DNA of 64,000 nt from an uncultured candidate division Zixibacteria bacterium (GCA_963668625.2 CAXXKA010000008.1:416001-480000), one strand, 5' to 3'; numbered from the stretch's first letter, positions 8,224 to 18,771 are shown. Notes: generated by a model not told the origin, from the sequence alone. Program-made: numbers and translations.

Positions 8224-10944
8224 ATGTTTTTAAGGGTTATTTTTGTAACTATATTTCTATTATTATCATCTGTTGGCAGTTTTGCGGGCGATTCAGGCGA
8301 TCCTAATAGCTTATCGCAGAGCATTATAAGCAACACGGCTGATAAAATAAGTTTGTTAAAATTCAACGGTGTATTGAGAGATAGCCAGAATCAAGCTGTT
8401 AGCGATAGCACATATAATATTACATTCCGGTTGTATGATAGCGCCGAGGGGGGCATGCCTTCTTGGGTAAGCGGACTGGTTAAGGTCACTACTCATAGCG
8501 GGGTGTTCGAGGCTTTCATCCCCATAGATTTATCATCCGGTGATGATAATGTTTACTTATCGATGCAGATTGAAGGAGATGCAAGCGAACTACTACCTCG
8601 CCAGATGATTGCTAAGGCTGAGGGCAGCGATGATTCCGGTGATCCGGTAATCACCGACACGAAAGATGGCGAGTGGACTGATGAAAGCGGTGAATTTATT
8701 AGAACCGCAGAGTATAGAGGCATTGCAAAAGGTGTAGCAAACAATACTCTATTTGGAAATGAAAAAAATACCCATATTAATTTAGCTGATACCAGTATAA
8801 CTGGCGCCGATGGCTATGACTATGAATACTGCGTTATTGGTGGTGGTAGAAATCATGTTGCCAGTAATTACTATTCGTTAATTTGTGGCGGTAATGCCAA
8901 TATTTCCAGTGGCCATACATCAACGGTTGGCGGGGGATATTCAAACACTGCCAGCGGTGATTACTCAACTATAGCCGGAGGTCACACTAACACTTCATCA
9001 GCTAATTACAGTTTTATTGGGGGAGGGCAATATAACAATTCAAGTGGATTTCAATCTACTGTTACTGGCGGTAGATACAATGAAGCTACTAATCAATTCG
9101 CCACTGTTGGTGGCGGCGATGATAACGATGCTGGCGGATTGTATTCTGTCATCGCGGGAGGTCGAGGAAACACGGCATCTGGTGAAAACGCTACTATTGG
9201 CGGTGGTAGATGGCATACAGCCAGCAACTATTTCGCTACTGTTGCCGGTGGAAACGATAATACTGCTACCGGACATACCTCTACTATTGGGGGCGGATAT
9301 TCTAATGAAATAACTGCTGATTATGGTACTCTTGGTGGAGGTTACGATAACACTATTAGTGGAGCACATAATGTAATAAGCGGCGGAAAAGAAAATACCT
9401 CTTTAGGCTATTATGCTACAATTGGTGGTGGGGCTAGCAATGAGGTTAACGGTAGTAATAGTACTATTTCTGGAGGTGCTTATAATACTATTAGTATCGC
9501 ATATAGCACTATTAGCGGCGGTATAAACAACTATGTAAGCGGCTCAGGAGGTACAGTAAGCGGTGGCGAAAGCGATTCTGTAAAAGCTCTTTACGGAGGT
9601 ATTTCTGCCGGTTATTTAAACTTAGCTGGTGATGAAAGCACTGATACCTCTGCTTATGTAGGCGGCGGATATAGCAATGCTACAACGGGCAAATATTCTT
9701 CTGTCGGCGGTGGATATAGCAACCTTGCCAGTTCCAATAGCGCAACTGTGAGTGGCGGTTATGATAATACTGCCTCTGAAAACTGTGCAACAGTTGCTGG
9801 TGGAATTCAAAATGTCGCCAGTGGCTATAGAAGTACTATTGGCGGTGGTCAGGCTGATACTGTAAATGCCAGGTATGGAACTATTTCCGGCGGCTATAGC
9901 AATACATGTGGAGATGATGCCTCTGATTCTGCCTCCTACATTGGCGGAGGATATAGTAACTCGGTTTCAGGAGCATTTAACGTAATTTCAGGTGGTTTTT
10001 CAAACAACATAGATAATTTAATTGGAAGCATAATAGCCGGCGGCTATGGAAATTCTATTTCAGAAGACTTATGCACAATAAGCGGCGGACAATCTAATTC
10101 TGCTAATGCAGATGGTAGCACTATAGGCGGTGGTGCTAGCAATTTTGCAAGTTCCTTAGCAATCTACTCAACTATCATAGGAGGATATGCAGATACGACT
10201 GATGGTAACCTTGCTACGGTTGTAGGTGGAACTCGCAATAAAGCTGGAGGTCTGAGTACTGTTGTTGGAGGATCATATAACAAAGCTATTGGACCTGTAT
10301 CTTTTATAAGTGGTGGAAGCGGAAACTATACAGAAGGCCAATACTCACATATACTTGGTGGATATCTCGATACTTTAACATCTGATGCCCAATTTTCTAT
10401 GGCATTTGGAAAAACAGTATATCTTAACACTACTTATAGAACTGCTTTATATGACGGTACTTTCTCAGGATTTCTGGGAGTAAATAGGGATGATGACGAT
10501 GGCGGAATAAATTACCCTATTCATGTTGGAACGGACGGCACTAACGGTAATGGCGCTCACTTAACCCCCGGAGGTTCCTGGGTTGGTGTTTCTAGTAAAA
10601 AGCTCAAAAAAAATATTAATGCCCTCGATGAGCAGGAGCTGATAAATAAAATCTCTAAAATTGACATTCCTGAATGGGACTATAAAGGTACTAACGAGCA
10701 TCACATAGGCCCCATGGCCGAAGATTTTGTTGCTGCTTTTGATGTTGGCACGATTAGTCAATCAGACGGGAAACGTGAAAACCATTATTTGGCTGCAAGA
10801 GATGTTGCGGGTGTTGCTTTAGCGGGTGTGAAAGTAATGATAAAAGAGAACAATAAACTCAGAAGAGATAACAAAGAACTCAAAAAAGAATTAGCCGAGC
10901 TCAAGTCCCAGATCGAGGATATCAAAGCTCACCTGAATAGATAG
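8224..10944 (+). CDS. Secreted Gly-rich beta-repeat fibre-like protein with C-terminal peptidase S74 (intramolecular chaperone) domain
   Basis: Signal peptide; many ~14-aa TIGGGxxNxAxG repeats; SSKKLKKNI...WDYKG...HIGPMAEDF ICA motif followed by a coiled coil. Confidence 0.85.
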   Translation: MFLRVIFVTIFLLLSSVGSFAGDSGDPNSLSQSIISNTADKISLLKFNGVLRDSQNQAVSDSTYNITFRLYDSAEGGMPSWVSGLVKVTTHSGVFEAFIPIDLSSGDDNVYLSMQIEGDASELLPRQMIAKAEGSDDSGDPVITDTKDGEWTDESGEFIRTAEYRGIAKGVANNTLFGNEKNTHINLADTSITGADGYDYEYCVIGGGRNHVASNYYSLICGGNANISSGHTSTVGGGYSNTASGDYSTIAGGHTNTSSANYSFIGGGQYNNSSGFQSTVTGGRYNEATNQFATVGGGDDNDAGGLYSVIAGGRGNTASGENATIGGGRWHTASNYFATVAGGNDNTATGHTSTIGGGYSNEITADYGTLGGGYDNTISGAHNVISGGKENTSLGYYATIGGGASNEVNGSNSTISGGAYNTISIAYSTISGGINNYVSGSGGTVSGGESDSVKALYGGISAGYLNLAGDESTDTSAYVGGGYSNATTGKYSSVGGGYSNLASSNSATVSGGYDNTASENCATVAGGIQNVASGYRSTIGGGQADTVNARYGTISGGYSNTCGDDASDSASYIGGGYSNSVSGAFNVISGGFSNNIDNLIGSIIAGGYGNSISEDLCTISGGQSNSANADGSTIGGGASNFASSLAIYSTIIGGYADTTDGNLATVVGGTRNKAGGLSTVVGGSYNKAIGPVSFISGGSGNYTEGQYSHILGGYLDTLTSDAQFSMAFGKTVYLNTTYRTALYDGTFSGFLGVNRDDDDGGINYPIHVGTDGTNGNGAHLTPGGSWVGVSSKKLKKNINALDEQELINKISKIDIPEWDYKGTNEHHIGPMAEDFVAAFDVGTISQSDGKRENHYLAARDVAGVALAGVKVMIKENNKLRRDNKELKKELAELKSQIEDIKAHLNR

Positions 10945-10957
10945 ATTGGAGAGTTAT

Positions 10958-11515
10958 ATGAACTACCTGAAAATATTGATGATCCTGCTTTGTCCGGTCA
11001 TCTTGCTCGGGTCCGATTCGGCTCCATCGCTAGAACCCAATAGCGTTAAACATCTCACCGGCCAGGAGACCGGGAAATACAGGATGATCGCGCAGGTTGA
11101 AAAATGCACCGGTGAGACATCATCATCACCACGGTTTAGCCTGACATCATTTACCGATTTGATCGAACCTGATGTTTTCGTCAAACGTGATATTAACTTA
11201 TCCGAAATCGACATGAGCCTGAGTAAAACCAGCGGAGTTGATAATCTACCTAGCGAATTCTCGCTTGGCAACAATTACCCGAATCCGTTTAACTCCTCCA
11301 CGATAATAGACTACGCCTTGCCGGAGGCCTCGCACGTAACAATCGAGGTTTACAATGTGCTTGGCCAGAGAGTCGAAACTCTCGTTGATGAGTATAAAGA
11401 AGCGGGATACCATTCTGTATCGTTTGGTTCTACTAACCTTGCGACGGGTATGTACCTTTATAGGATACAGGCCAACGAATTCTCAAAAGCAAACAAGATG
11501 CTCATAGTTAAGTAA
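10958..11515 (+). CDS. Small secreted protein with T9SS type A/FlgD-like C-terminal domain
   Basis: Signal peptide; LPSEFSLGNNYPNPFN...VYNVLGQRV...LATGMYLYRI...KMLIVK. Confidence 0.85.
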   Translation: MNYLKILMILLCPVILLGSDSAPSLEPNSVKHLTGQETGKYRMIAQVEKCTGETSSSPRFSLTSFTDLIEPDVFVKRDINLSEIDMSLSKTSGVDNLPSEFSLGNNYPNPFNSSTIIDYALPEASHVTIEVYNVLGQRVETLVDEYKEAGYHSVSFGSTNLATGMYLYRIQANEFSKANKMLIVK

Positions 11516-11532
11516 AACAACCATGAAATAGA

Positions 11533-11564
11533 AAAGCGAACCATTAATCATAATGGTTCGCTTT
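11533..11564. terminator. Bidirectional terminator hairpin
   Basis: AAAGCGAACCATTA-ATCA-TAATGGTTCGCTTT, a perfect 14-bp stem between convergent genes. Confidence 0.75.
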
Positions 11565-11629
11565 AAAACTCTTACCGTTGATTGGTAGATGTCCCCAGGT
11601 TCTCGCCTGGTAGACATTCTCACTATATC

Positions 11630-12169
11630 CTATTTCACGATCTTGATAATCTTCTTGAATTTCTCACCCTCGGCAACTTTCAGCATCTCGAATAAACTCA
11701 TCTCAACACTGGTAAGTTTAGCGCCTAACGCCTTAATCGCCTCTATGCCTATCTGCTTGTTCTCCAGCGAGCGAGAGCTGACAGCATCGGCAACCAGGTA
11801 CACCTCGAAACCGTTGGCGATCAGATCGGCTGCGGTCTGGTATACGCACACATGAGTCTCCATACCCGTTAAAAGCACCTGGTGGCAGTTGGTGGCTTTG
11901 AGCTTGTTGACGAAATTCTCGTTGTCCCAGCAACTGAACGTGTTTTTCTCGAGGGGATCCATACCGCTAAGAACATCCTTGAGCTCCGGGATGGTAGTAC
12001 CAAGTTTATCGGGAAGTTGCTCGTTCCATAATATCGGCAGTCCCAGTTCCCAGGCGCCCCTGGTTATCGTAACCATATTCTTGAAGAAATGATCTTTCTC
12101 GTGCATGAGAGTTGCCAGCTTCCCCTGAACATCAACAATGACCAAAGCGGCATCATCCATTTTCAACAT
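11630..12169 (-). CDS. Isochorismatase-family cysteine hydrolase
   Basis: LVIVDVQGKL, EQLPDKLGTT, KNTFSC, GMETHVCVYQT, VADAVSSR. Confidence 0.93.
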   Translation of the reverse strand: MLKMDDAALVIVDVQGKLATLMHEKDHFFKNMVTITRGAWELGLPILWNEQLPDKLGTTIPELKDVLSGMDPLEKNTFSCWDNENFVNKLKATNCHQVLLTGMETHVCVYQTAADLIANGFEVYLVADAVSSRSLENKQIGIEAIKALGAKLTSVEMSLFEMLKVAEGEKFKKIIKIVK

Positions 12170-12472
12170 CGTTGTTTCTCCTTCGGCTTATTCCAAATCG
12201 TAAATCAATTTCCGTTTCAACCGTACTTATAGCACTAAAGTTCCACAGGTGCAACAGGCAAATGTTTTAAGCTTCAGCAGTTTTAGTCAGGAAGGATGAG
12301 TCAATCATTTCATCCGCCTGACAATGCCTGAATGTCGTATGCTAGTTTCCTCGCCTCAGTCACCCTCGGCAAAGCCGAACGCGACGTAAAAAGCAATAAC
12401 GATGACTGCCGGTTCATATAGGTATATGTTTATTGCTCTTTCAATTGCAGAAAACAATCCTATCTACTACTT

Positions 12473-12685
12473 CTAAACCATTCCATCCGTAAAATCCGCA
12501 TCATCCCAGTCTTTCCGAACAATGTCCTCCAGCTCTTTTAATAACGTCTGGATACGAAACTGGATTTGATCGTGTTCCTGCCCAAATTCCTCTTCAAGTT
12601 TAGATGCTTGTTTTTGCCATTCTCTCAACGACAAATGTGCATTGCAATTCTCGTGAGGTCTGGTCACAGGGTTTTGATAAATCAT
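12473..12685 (-). CDS. Hypothetical 70-aa coiled-coil protein downstream of dnaA
   Basis: ATG preceded by a G-rich RBS; helical composition; same strand as dnaA. Confidence 0.5.
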   Translation of the reverse strand: MIYQNPVTRPHENCNAHLSLREWQKQASKLEEEFGQEHDQIQFRIQTLLKELEDIVRKDWDDADFTDGMV

Positions 12686-12810
12686 TTAGTAGCCCCCCTA
12701 AACTAATAAAACCCATTGATGCTAAACCACGAATCCGAGATAATACATCTGCTAAACGTAAATAATCAAATCTGAGGGCCCCCCTTCATTTTAGCGGTTA
12801 CGAGTTCTTA

Positions 12811-14160
12811 CTACTCAGCTTGCAGCTTCTTAATTAATTCATCGACCCGAAATTTCAGAAGTGAATCCTGATTCAATAAATCGGTAATTTTATTGATCGA
12901 ATGGATAACGGTGGAGTGGTCGCGACCACCAAAAAACTTACCGATCGTTTTCAGGGAATACGTGGTGTAATTACGGGCGATATACATGGCAATCTGACGG
13001 GCGGACGCCACCTCGACAGTTTTGCCTTTGCCGACGATTTGTTCGGCGGATATCTTGAAATATTCAGCTACCGTTTTCTGGATACTCTCCAGGGTCATTT
13101 CTTTCTGCTTGTTGGTGGTTTTCTTGCCCAGGATCTCATCAACAAGCGCCACACTGATCTCCCGTCCCGTCAGCGAATAATAGGCTCCAATACGAATCAA
13201 CAAGCCCTCCAGCTCCCTGATATTCGATCTGACCTTGTCGGCAATATACGAGGCGACATCGGGCGAAATATCGATATCATCCTGCTGGATTTTCTTGTTC
13301 AAAATCGCCAGGCGCATTTCAAAATCGGGTGGTTGAATATCGGTAACGAGACCGCTCTGGAATCGCGACAGCAACCTCTCCTCCAGACCATAAATTTCTT
13401 GGGGGGGGCGATCCGAAGTTAAGACGATTTGCTTGCCGCTTTGATGCAAGGCGTTGAAAGTATGGAAGAATTGAACCTGCGTAGCTTCCTTACCCGTTAA
13501 AAACTGAATATCATCAATGATCAATAGATCGATACTACGGTAATAATTTGCGAAATCGGCGGTTTTCTGGGTGGCGATCGCGTTAATAAAATCGCTGGTA
13601 AATTTCTCAGAGGTGACATACAAGACCGCGCTGCCCGGACGAGTCAGGAGTACGAAATTGCCAATAGCCTGGGCCAGATGAGTTTTGCCCAATCCTACAC
13701 CGCCATATATATAAAACGGATTAAACCTGTTGCCGGCCGGTGCCTCGCCAACCGCCATTGCCGCGGCATGAGCGAATTGGTTGGAATCACCCACGACGAA
13801 GCTTTCGAAATTATAGCGCTCGTTTATGTTATGGGTTTGTGCTTTCGGCTCGGCAGGTTTTTGATCGATTGCCGGCTCAGGTATGGCAACATCTATCTCC
13901 TGGCCGTTAGGCTCTATCGTAAACTTGATAATTTTGGTTTTGCCGAAAGTAGCTTCAACAGCCTCGTTGATATAGCTGATGTAATGGCCCTCTAGCCAGC
14001 TGGCAACGAATCTGTTAGGTACACTAATCATTAATTGACCGTTCTCGCTATTTATTAGCTTGGTCGGTTTAAGCCAGGTGTTATAACTCTGGGGTTGAAC
14101 TTTTTCTTTTAATTTACCGAGGCATTCCTGCCATGTAGTGTTTAATTCTTGAGCTTGCAT
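12811..14160 (-). CDS. dnaA: Chromosomal replication initiator DnaA
   Basis: Domain I W..CL...SYNTWL, Walker A GGVGLGKTH, LLIIDDIQF, NIRELEG, GGRDHSTVIH. Confidence 0.99.
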   Translation of the reverse strand: MQAQELNTTWQECLGKLKEKVQPQSYNTWLKPTKLINSENGQLMISVPNRFVASWLEGHYISYINEAVEATFGKTKIIKFTIEPNGQEIDVAIPEPAIDQKPAEPKAQTHNINERYNFESFVVGDSNQFAHAAAMAVGEAPAGNRFNPFYIYGGVGLGKTHLAQAIGNFVLLTRPGSAVLYVTSEKFTSDFINAIATQKTADFANYYRSIDLLIIDDIQFLTGKEATQVQFFHTFNALHQSGKQIVLTSDRPPQEIYGLEERLLSRFQSGLVTDIQPPDFEMRLAILNKKIQQDDIDISPDVASYIADKVRSNIRELEGLLIRIGAYYSLTGREISVALVDEILGKKTTNKQKEMTLESIQKTVAEYFKISAEQIVGKGKTVEVASARQIAMYIARNYTTYSLKTIGKFFGGRDHSTVIHSINKITDLLNQDSLLKFRVDELIKKLQAE

Positions 14161-15030
14161 GTTGAAAACTTGTTAATAAGTGTTTACAATTCCTATAATC
14201 ATAGCTTAATAATAAAAGCTACTACCAGTTTCTACTTGAAAATCTATTCAGGTTTTTATAACCTGTATTGTCGTGGATTGAACTTTGATGTCGATGATTA
14301 GTACCCCCTCCAGGTTTTCATCTACTCCATTTAAACAAACAATAGATAATCTCCCTGCAATATAAAGTCAAGCTCTCTGCTAAGTACATTTATTAAAAGT
14401 TGTATCCCATTCAAAAATATAATCTTATAGTTGTGTTTTTTTTAGCTGGCATTGGATTATATTAGACTTACAGCAAAATCGTTAACTCCATGAAGACAAT
14501 GATATTTTACAATTATCAATTTTATTGCTAATTTCTGACTATTAGCTAAAATATAATTAGGCTCAATTGTAAGTATTTCTTAACGGTTGACAATTGCCAA
14601 AGAAAGTTTTCCACATTCGGTTGATAAAAATGTGGAAAAGTGTGGAAAGCGGTTAATAAAGTACTAACATTTGTAAAATCAAACTATCATAAATCTAACA
14701 TGTTCAAAGTTATCAATATAGAGCTTGCTTTGTCTTTTTTTGCTAAACTTTTATTAGATATTCAGATAGAATTTTATGCGAATACTTTTCAACATTCCCA
14801 CACTCTTATTAATATGATTATATATTTATTTAATATATAAATAATAAAAGATATTATACCAAAAACGAAAAAACTGAATATCTAAAATTTAGATATTCTC
14901 TTCCTTTTAAGCAAATATTTGAATTGACATAGATATTTTTTTAGTAGATAATAAGCCTGTATGTCCGGTGCTACTTATTTATCACCTGATCTACCGGAAT
15001 ATCCAATTATAGAGGAATTTTGGAGGAGCA
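14160..15030. other. Candidate oriC between divergent dnaA and dnaN
   Basis: DnaA boxes TTTTCCACA 14607-14615, TGTGGAAAA 14631-14639, TGTGGAAAG 14641-14649, TTTTCAACA 14786-14794 plus degenerate boxes 14160-14189; very AT-rich tract ~14805-14900. Confidence 0.75.
14876..14952 (+). promoter_or_regulatory. Perfect palindrome plus sigma70-like promoter upstream of dnaN
   Basis: GAATATCTAAA-A-TTTAGATATTC (14876-14898); TTGACA (14924)-17 bp-GATAAT. Confidence 0.5.
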
Positions 15031-16146
15031 ATGAGATTCAAGACAAATAAAGCTAAATTAAATCAGGCAGTATCCAGGATTCAAAGTATAGTGCCGCCAA
15101 AGTCTACCATTCCGATTCTATCGAATATTCTATTTGAGCTCGAGGATGATAAACTGAGTCTGAAAGTTACAGACCTTGATGTTTCGATGACCTCGCATAT
15201 AGATGTTGAAGTATTGAAGAAGGGAAGTATAACCGTTCCGGCAAAGGTTTTTTCAGAGATAGTCAAAGAGCTTCCTGAATATGATCTGGATATCACCGCT
15301 ACCGAGAACAGGATGGAGATAAAATGCGGCTCCGGTGTTTATAAGCTTTCCGGATTTTCCGCTGAGGATTTCCCGAAATTACCGGACATTCATCTCGGCA
15401 GGCAGGTTAAGGTCAATGCTCAGTCGCTTTGCAGTATGATCAAGAAGGTCTTGTTCGCGGTTTCCCGGGATGAAACTCGGCCGGCGTTAAATGGCATACT
15501 CTGGCATGCCGCTGATGATGGCTTGAGCCTGGTCGCTACCGATGGCCACAGGTTGGCAAAAGTCGGGCGAAGCGATATTATCCTTCAGGGAATGAATAAG
15601 GATCTGATCATCCCACCCAAGGTGCTGGAAAATTTAATTAAGCTTACCCATGATGATACCGATGAGATCGGTTTGATTTTGAACGATAACTCTATTGTTT
15701 TCGTGCTCGATGATTCGATTATCACCTCCCGTTTGCTTGAGGGACCATATCCTAATTATGAACAGGTCGTACCGAAAGACAACGAGAAAATCATGCTTGT
15801 CGAAAAAGGTTTGCTTCAATCCTCGGTCAGGCGTGTTTCGATTCTATCCAATACCCTGACACATCAGGTAAAATTCTCGATTAAGCAGGATAAACTTGAG
15901 CTTTCCGCGACTAACTTTGATTTCGGCGGTGAGGCTCGCGAAAGTATGAAAGTCTCCTACCAGGAAGATGACATGGATATTGGCTACAACGCCAATTATG
16001 TTATCGATGTACTAAAGCAGGTCGAGGATGAAGAGGTCAGGTTCGAATTGAATAACCCGACTACGGCAGCGATTCTCAAACCGGAACAACCGACAGAGCA
16101 CGAGGATGTACTTTTCTTAATCATGCCTCTTCGCTTAATGGATTAA
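15031..16146 (+). CDS. dnaN: DNA polymerase III beta sliding clamp
   Basis: TIPILSNI, DETRPALNG, VATDGHRL, LLEGPYPNY, LIMPLRL. Confidence 0.99.
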   Translation: MRFKTNKAKLNQAVSRIQSIVPPKSTIPILSNILFELEDDKLSLKVTDLDVSMTSHIDVEVLKKGSITVPAKVFSEIVKELPEYDLDITATENRMEIKCGSGVYKLSGFSAEDFPKLPDIHLGRQVKVNAQSLCSMIKKVLFAVSRDETRPALNGILWHAADDGLSLVATDGHRLAKVGRSDIILQGMNKDLIIPPKVLENLIKLTHDDTDEIGLILNDNSIVFVLDDSIITSRLLEGPYPNYEQVVPKDNEKIMLVEKGLLQSSVRRVSILSNTLTHQVKFSIKQDKLELSATNFDFGGEARESMKVSYQEDDMDIGYNANYVIDVLKQVEDEEVRFELNNPTTAAILKPEQPTEHEDVLFLIMPLRLMD

Positions 16147-16170
16147 TACCGGTAGAGCCGGCCGGTTGTT

Positions 16171-17264
16171 ATGATTACCCATCTCAGTATCAAGGGATTT
16201 CGAAATATAGATAAAGCTGAAATTATCCCTGCAAAGGGAATAAATTTGTTTATCGGTAACAACGGGGCGGGTAAAACTAACACTCTTGAGGCAATTGGCT
16301 TGTTTTCGATAGGCAAATCGTGCCGTAACGCTAAAGACAGGGAGCTGTTAAGTTTCAATTCCGAGCTGGCGGAGATAAAAGCCTCGGTTGAAAGCGAAAA
16401 AAAAAAGTCGATATCGCAATAAGATACGATAATACAGGCGCCCGCAAAATAATTCTCGACAATATCCGTCCTATAAAGCAAAACGAGCTGATCGGTATAA
16501 TGCCTGCTGTGTTCATATTACCTGAGGATATATTGCTAACAGCCGGGCCAGCTTCATACCATCGCCAGTTCCTGGATTTGTATATCTCACAGTGTAGCCG
16601 ACCATATCTAAACGATTTGATAGCCTACCGCAAAGTTATAGTACAGAGGAATAAACTTCTAAAAGATATAGCCGAAAATCGCGAGAATTTATATCTGCTA
16701 AAAGCCTGGGATAAAATATTGATCGAACATGCCGAACGGATTATCGTAAAAAGGCAGGATTTCGTCGAATCGATTTGTTCCGATATAAAAAAATATTACA
16801 ATACTTTCGATTCCGATGGCAAGCTGACCATTAATTATACTCCTAGGCTGGATACGGAAAAAGAAACAGTAGGAGAGGCATTAAGTCATCAGCTGGAATA
16901 CTATCTCGAGCGCGAGCTACGATCAGGATTAACATTAGTTGGCCCGCATCGCGATAGATTGAACATGAAACTAAACGGAAGATCTATCCGGCACTATAGC
17001 TCTCGTGGCCAGAAACGTATAGTAATGCTTTCGATTAAACTGGCGGCCGCCGATTATCTTTCCCATATTAACGGCCGGGATGTTATCCTGGTACTCGATG
17101 AGGTATTTGCCGAGCTGGATAAGGCTAAAGGTATCTCTCTGATGAAAGCTCTGGCCGGTCACAAGCAGGTGTTTATAGCTACAGCCGGGGAGAGCGGTTT
17201 CGATGATATCGAAGTTAAAACATTCAACGTTCGAGCGGGACGAATCGAGGAGGTACCGACTTGA
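16171..17264 (+). CDS. recF: RecF, split by a frameshift in an A10 run (16397-16406)
   Basis: N-part FRN...GNNGAGKTNTLEAI; C-part GPHRD, SRGQKR, LVLDEVFAELD; one extra A (or a -1 shift) joins them. Confidence 0.9.
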
Positions 17265-18058
17265 TATTGGTTTTAGATATAGGTAACACCTCGACTTTCG
17301 CCGGCATGTATGATAACGGTGAGATAGTCGAGAGCTTTCGCATGCCCTCCAAGGATGATAAAGATTATAAAATCTCGGTTAACTCGGATGTCGTAGCGGT
17401 ACGCCTGAGACATTTCCTGTTTTCTCATCAGAAGGCCGGACGCAAAATAGAAGGCGCCGCGGTCTGCTCGGTCGTGCCCGAGTTGACTTTTATCTACAAG
17501 GAAATGATCGATAAATTCATTGATGTCGATACCTGGGTGCTTGACCATACGGCTGATCTTGGTTTAAAGATCGATGTCGACAAACCCGAGCAGGCCGGGC
17601 CCGACAGGTTAGCAAATGCGGTGGCGATGAAAAATATCTACGGTTGCCCCGGATTAGTGATCGATCTGGGAACCTCAACGAATTTCGATGTGGTAGACCA
17701 TCGGGGAAACTACATAGGCGGCTCGATTGCTCCGGGTGTTAAAACCTCCTCGGCGGAACTATTCAAACGCGCCTCGAGATTGTTCGCGGTAGATATAGCG
17801 AAACCTGAAAAAGCTATCGGCCGTAATACAAAGCAGGCTATACAGTCTGGGATATTTTTCGGATCGCTGGGTCTGATCGATCATATTGCCGGTCTTATCA
17901 CCGAGGAGTTAAAAGCTGTAAGTAGTGATGAAATACGGGTGGTGGCAACCGGCGGTTATGCCGACCTGTTCGCCCCGCATTCGAAACACATACAGACAGT
18001 AGATCAGATGCTGACATTAAAAGGCATAGTAATGGCCTACGAGCGTAATGTAAGCTAG
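17261..18058 (+). CDS. coaX: Type III pantothenate kinase
   Basis: LDIGNT, CSVVP, GPDRLAN, DLGTSTNFD, GGSIAPG, VATGG, LTLKG. Confidence 0.95.
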   Translation: MILVLDIGNTSTFAGMYDNGEIVESFRMPSKDDKDYKISVNSDVVAVRLRHFLFSHQKAGRKIEGAAVCSVVPELTFIYKEMIDKFIDVDTWVLDHTADLGLKIDVDKPEQAGPDRLANAVAMKNIYGCPGLVIDLGTSTNFDVVDHRGNYIGGSIAPGVKTSSAELFKRASRLFAVDIAKPEKAIGRNTKQAIQSGIFFGSLGLIDHIAGLITEELKAVSSDEIRVVATGGYADLFAPHSKHIQTVDQMLTLKGIVMAYERNVS

Positions 18059-18237
18059 CAGCTTTAGCTATGTGTTGTATAGGGGCGTATCGAATACGTT
18101 CCAGGCAGAATGCTTGATTGGAGTATTCGTCTTGAATGAGCAATCAACCAAACCCATCTCTAGCTTCGCTATAAGATGGAGCACCGCTTAATAATATCAT
18201 TGTGAAATAGTTAATATCATAAATAACGGAGTCTAAC

Positions 18238-18573
18238 ATGAGCAATATGTTCGAATCATTGAAATCGCTTCTACTGCCGGCGGATGTCCACCCGGATGTT
18301 GATGCTTACCTGTCACAGGCTGATGATCATCAGGTAGTATTCATGGAATTCAACGAGGACGTGCTGGTTCCCGAACACAGCCACGGCCCCCAGCTCGAGA
18401 TAGTATTGGCCGGTCAGGTAGAGTTAACTATCTCAGGTAATGAGAAATTGTATAAGACCGGCGATTGGTTTTATTTAAAGGATGGCGAGCCGCATGCGGG
18501 CAAGTTGACGAAGGGTTACAAATCGGTAGCGGTGTTCTTTCAGAAAGATCGGTATAGTGTTAAAAAGTCGTAA
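18238..18573 (+). CDS. Cupin domain protein
   Basis: VPEHSH.PQLEIVLAG...GD.F....EPH cupin motifs. Confidence 0.85.
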   Translation: MSNMFESLKSLLLPADVHPDVDAYLSQADDHQVVFMEFNEDVLVPEHSHGPQLEIVLAGQVELTISGNEKLYKTGDWFYLKDGEPHAGKLTKGYKSVAVFFQKDRYSVKKS

Positions 18574-18694
18574 TTTAATTATCCAGGAGTTATCCACCTT
18601 GCTACGAGTCACTGTTTCGTAATTGATATTTTATAGGCCAATCACGCTTGTGGTTTGCCTGACCCGCATAAAAAATTACGAACATAAATTGAAT

Positions 18695-18771
18695 CATTAA
18701 TGCCCGGTTTTAATTTGCAATCTTAATCATTTTAGGGGTAAAATTTCACAAAATGATTTTTAGATCGAATT
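18695..18771. mobile_element. Relic end of an IS4-type MITE (same subtype as 56509 copy)
   Basis: CATTAATGCCCGG...AATTTGCAATCTTAATCATT...GATTTTTAGATCGAATT aligns with 56509-56587. Confidence 0.55.

Noticed and set aside
8224-10944. Prophage tail-fibre locus
   Set aside because: Has a Sec signal peptide and no other phage genes nearby
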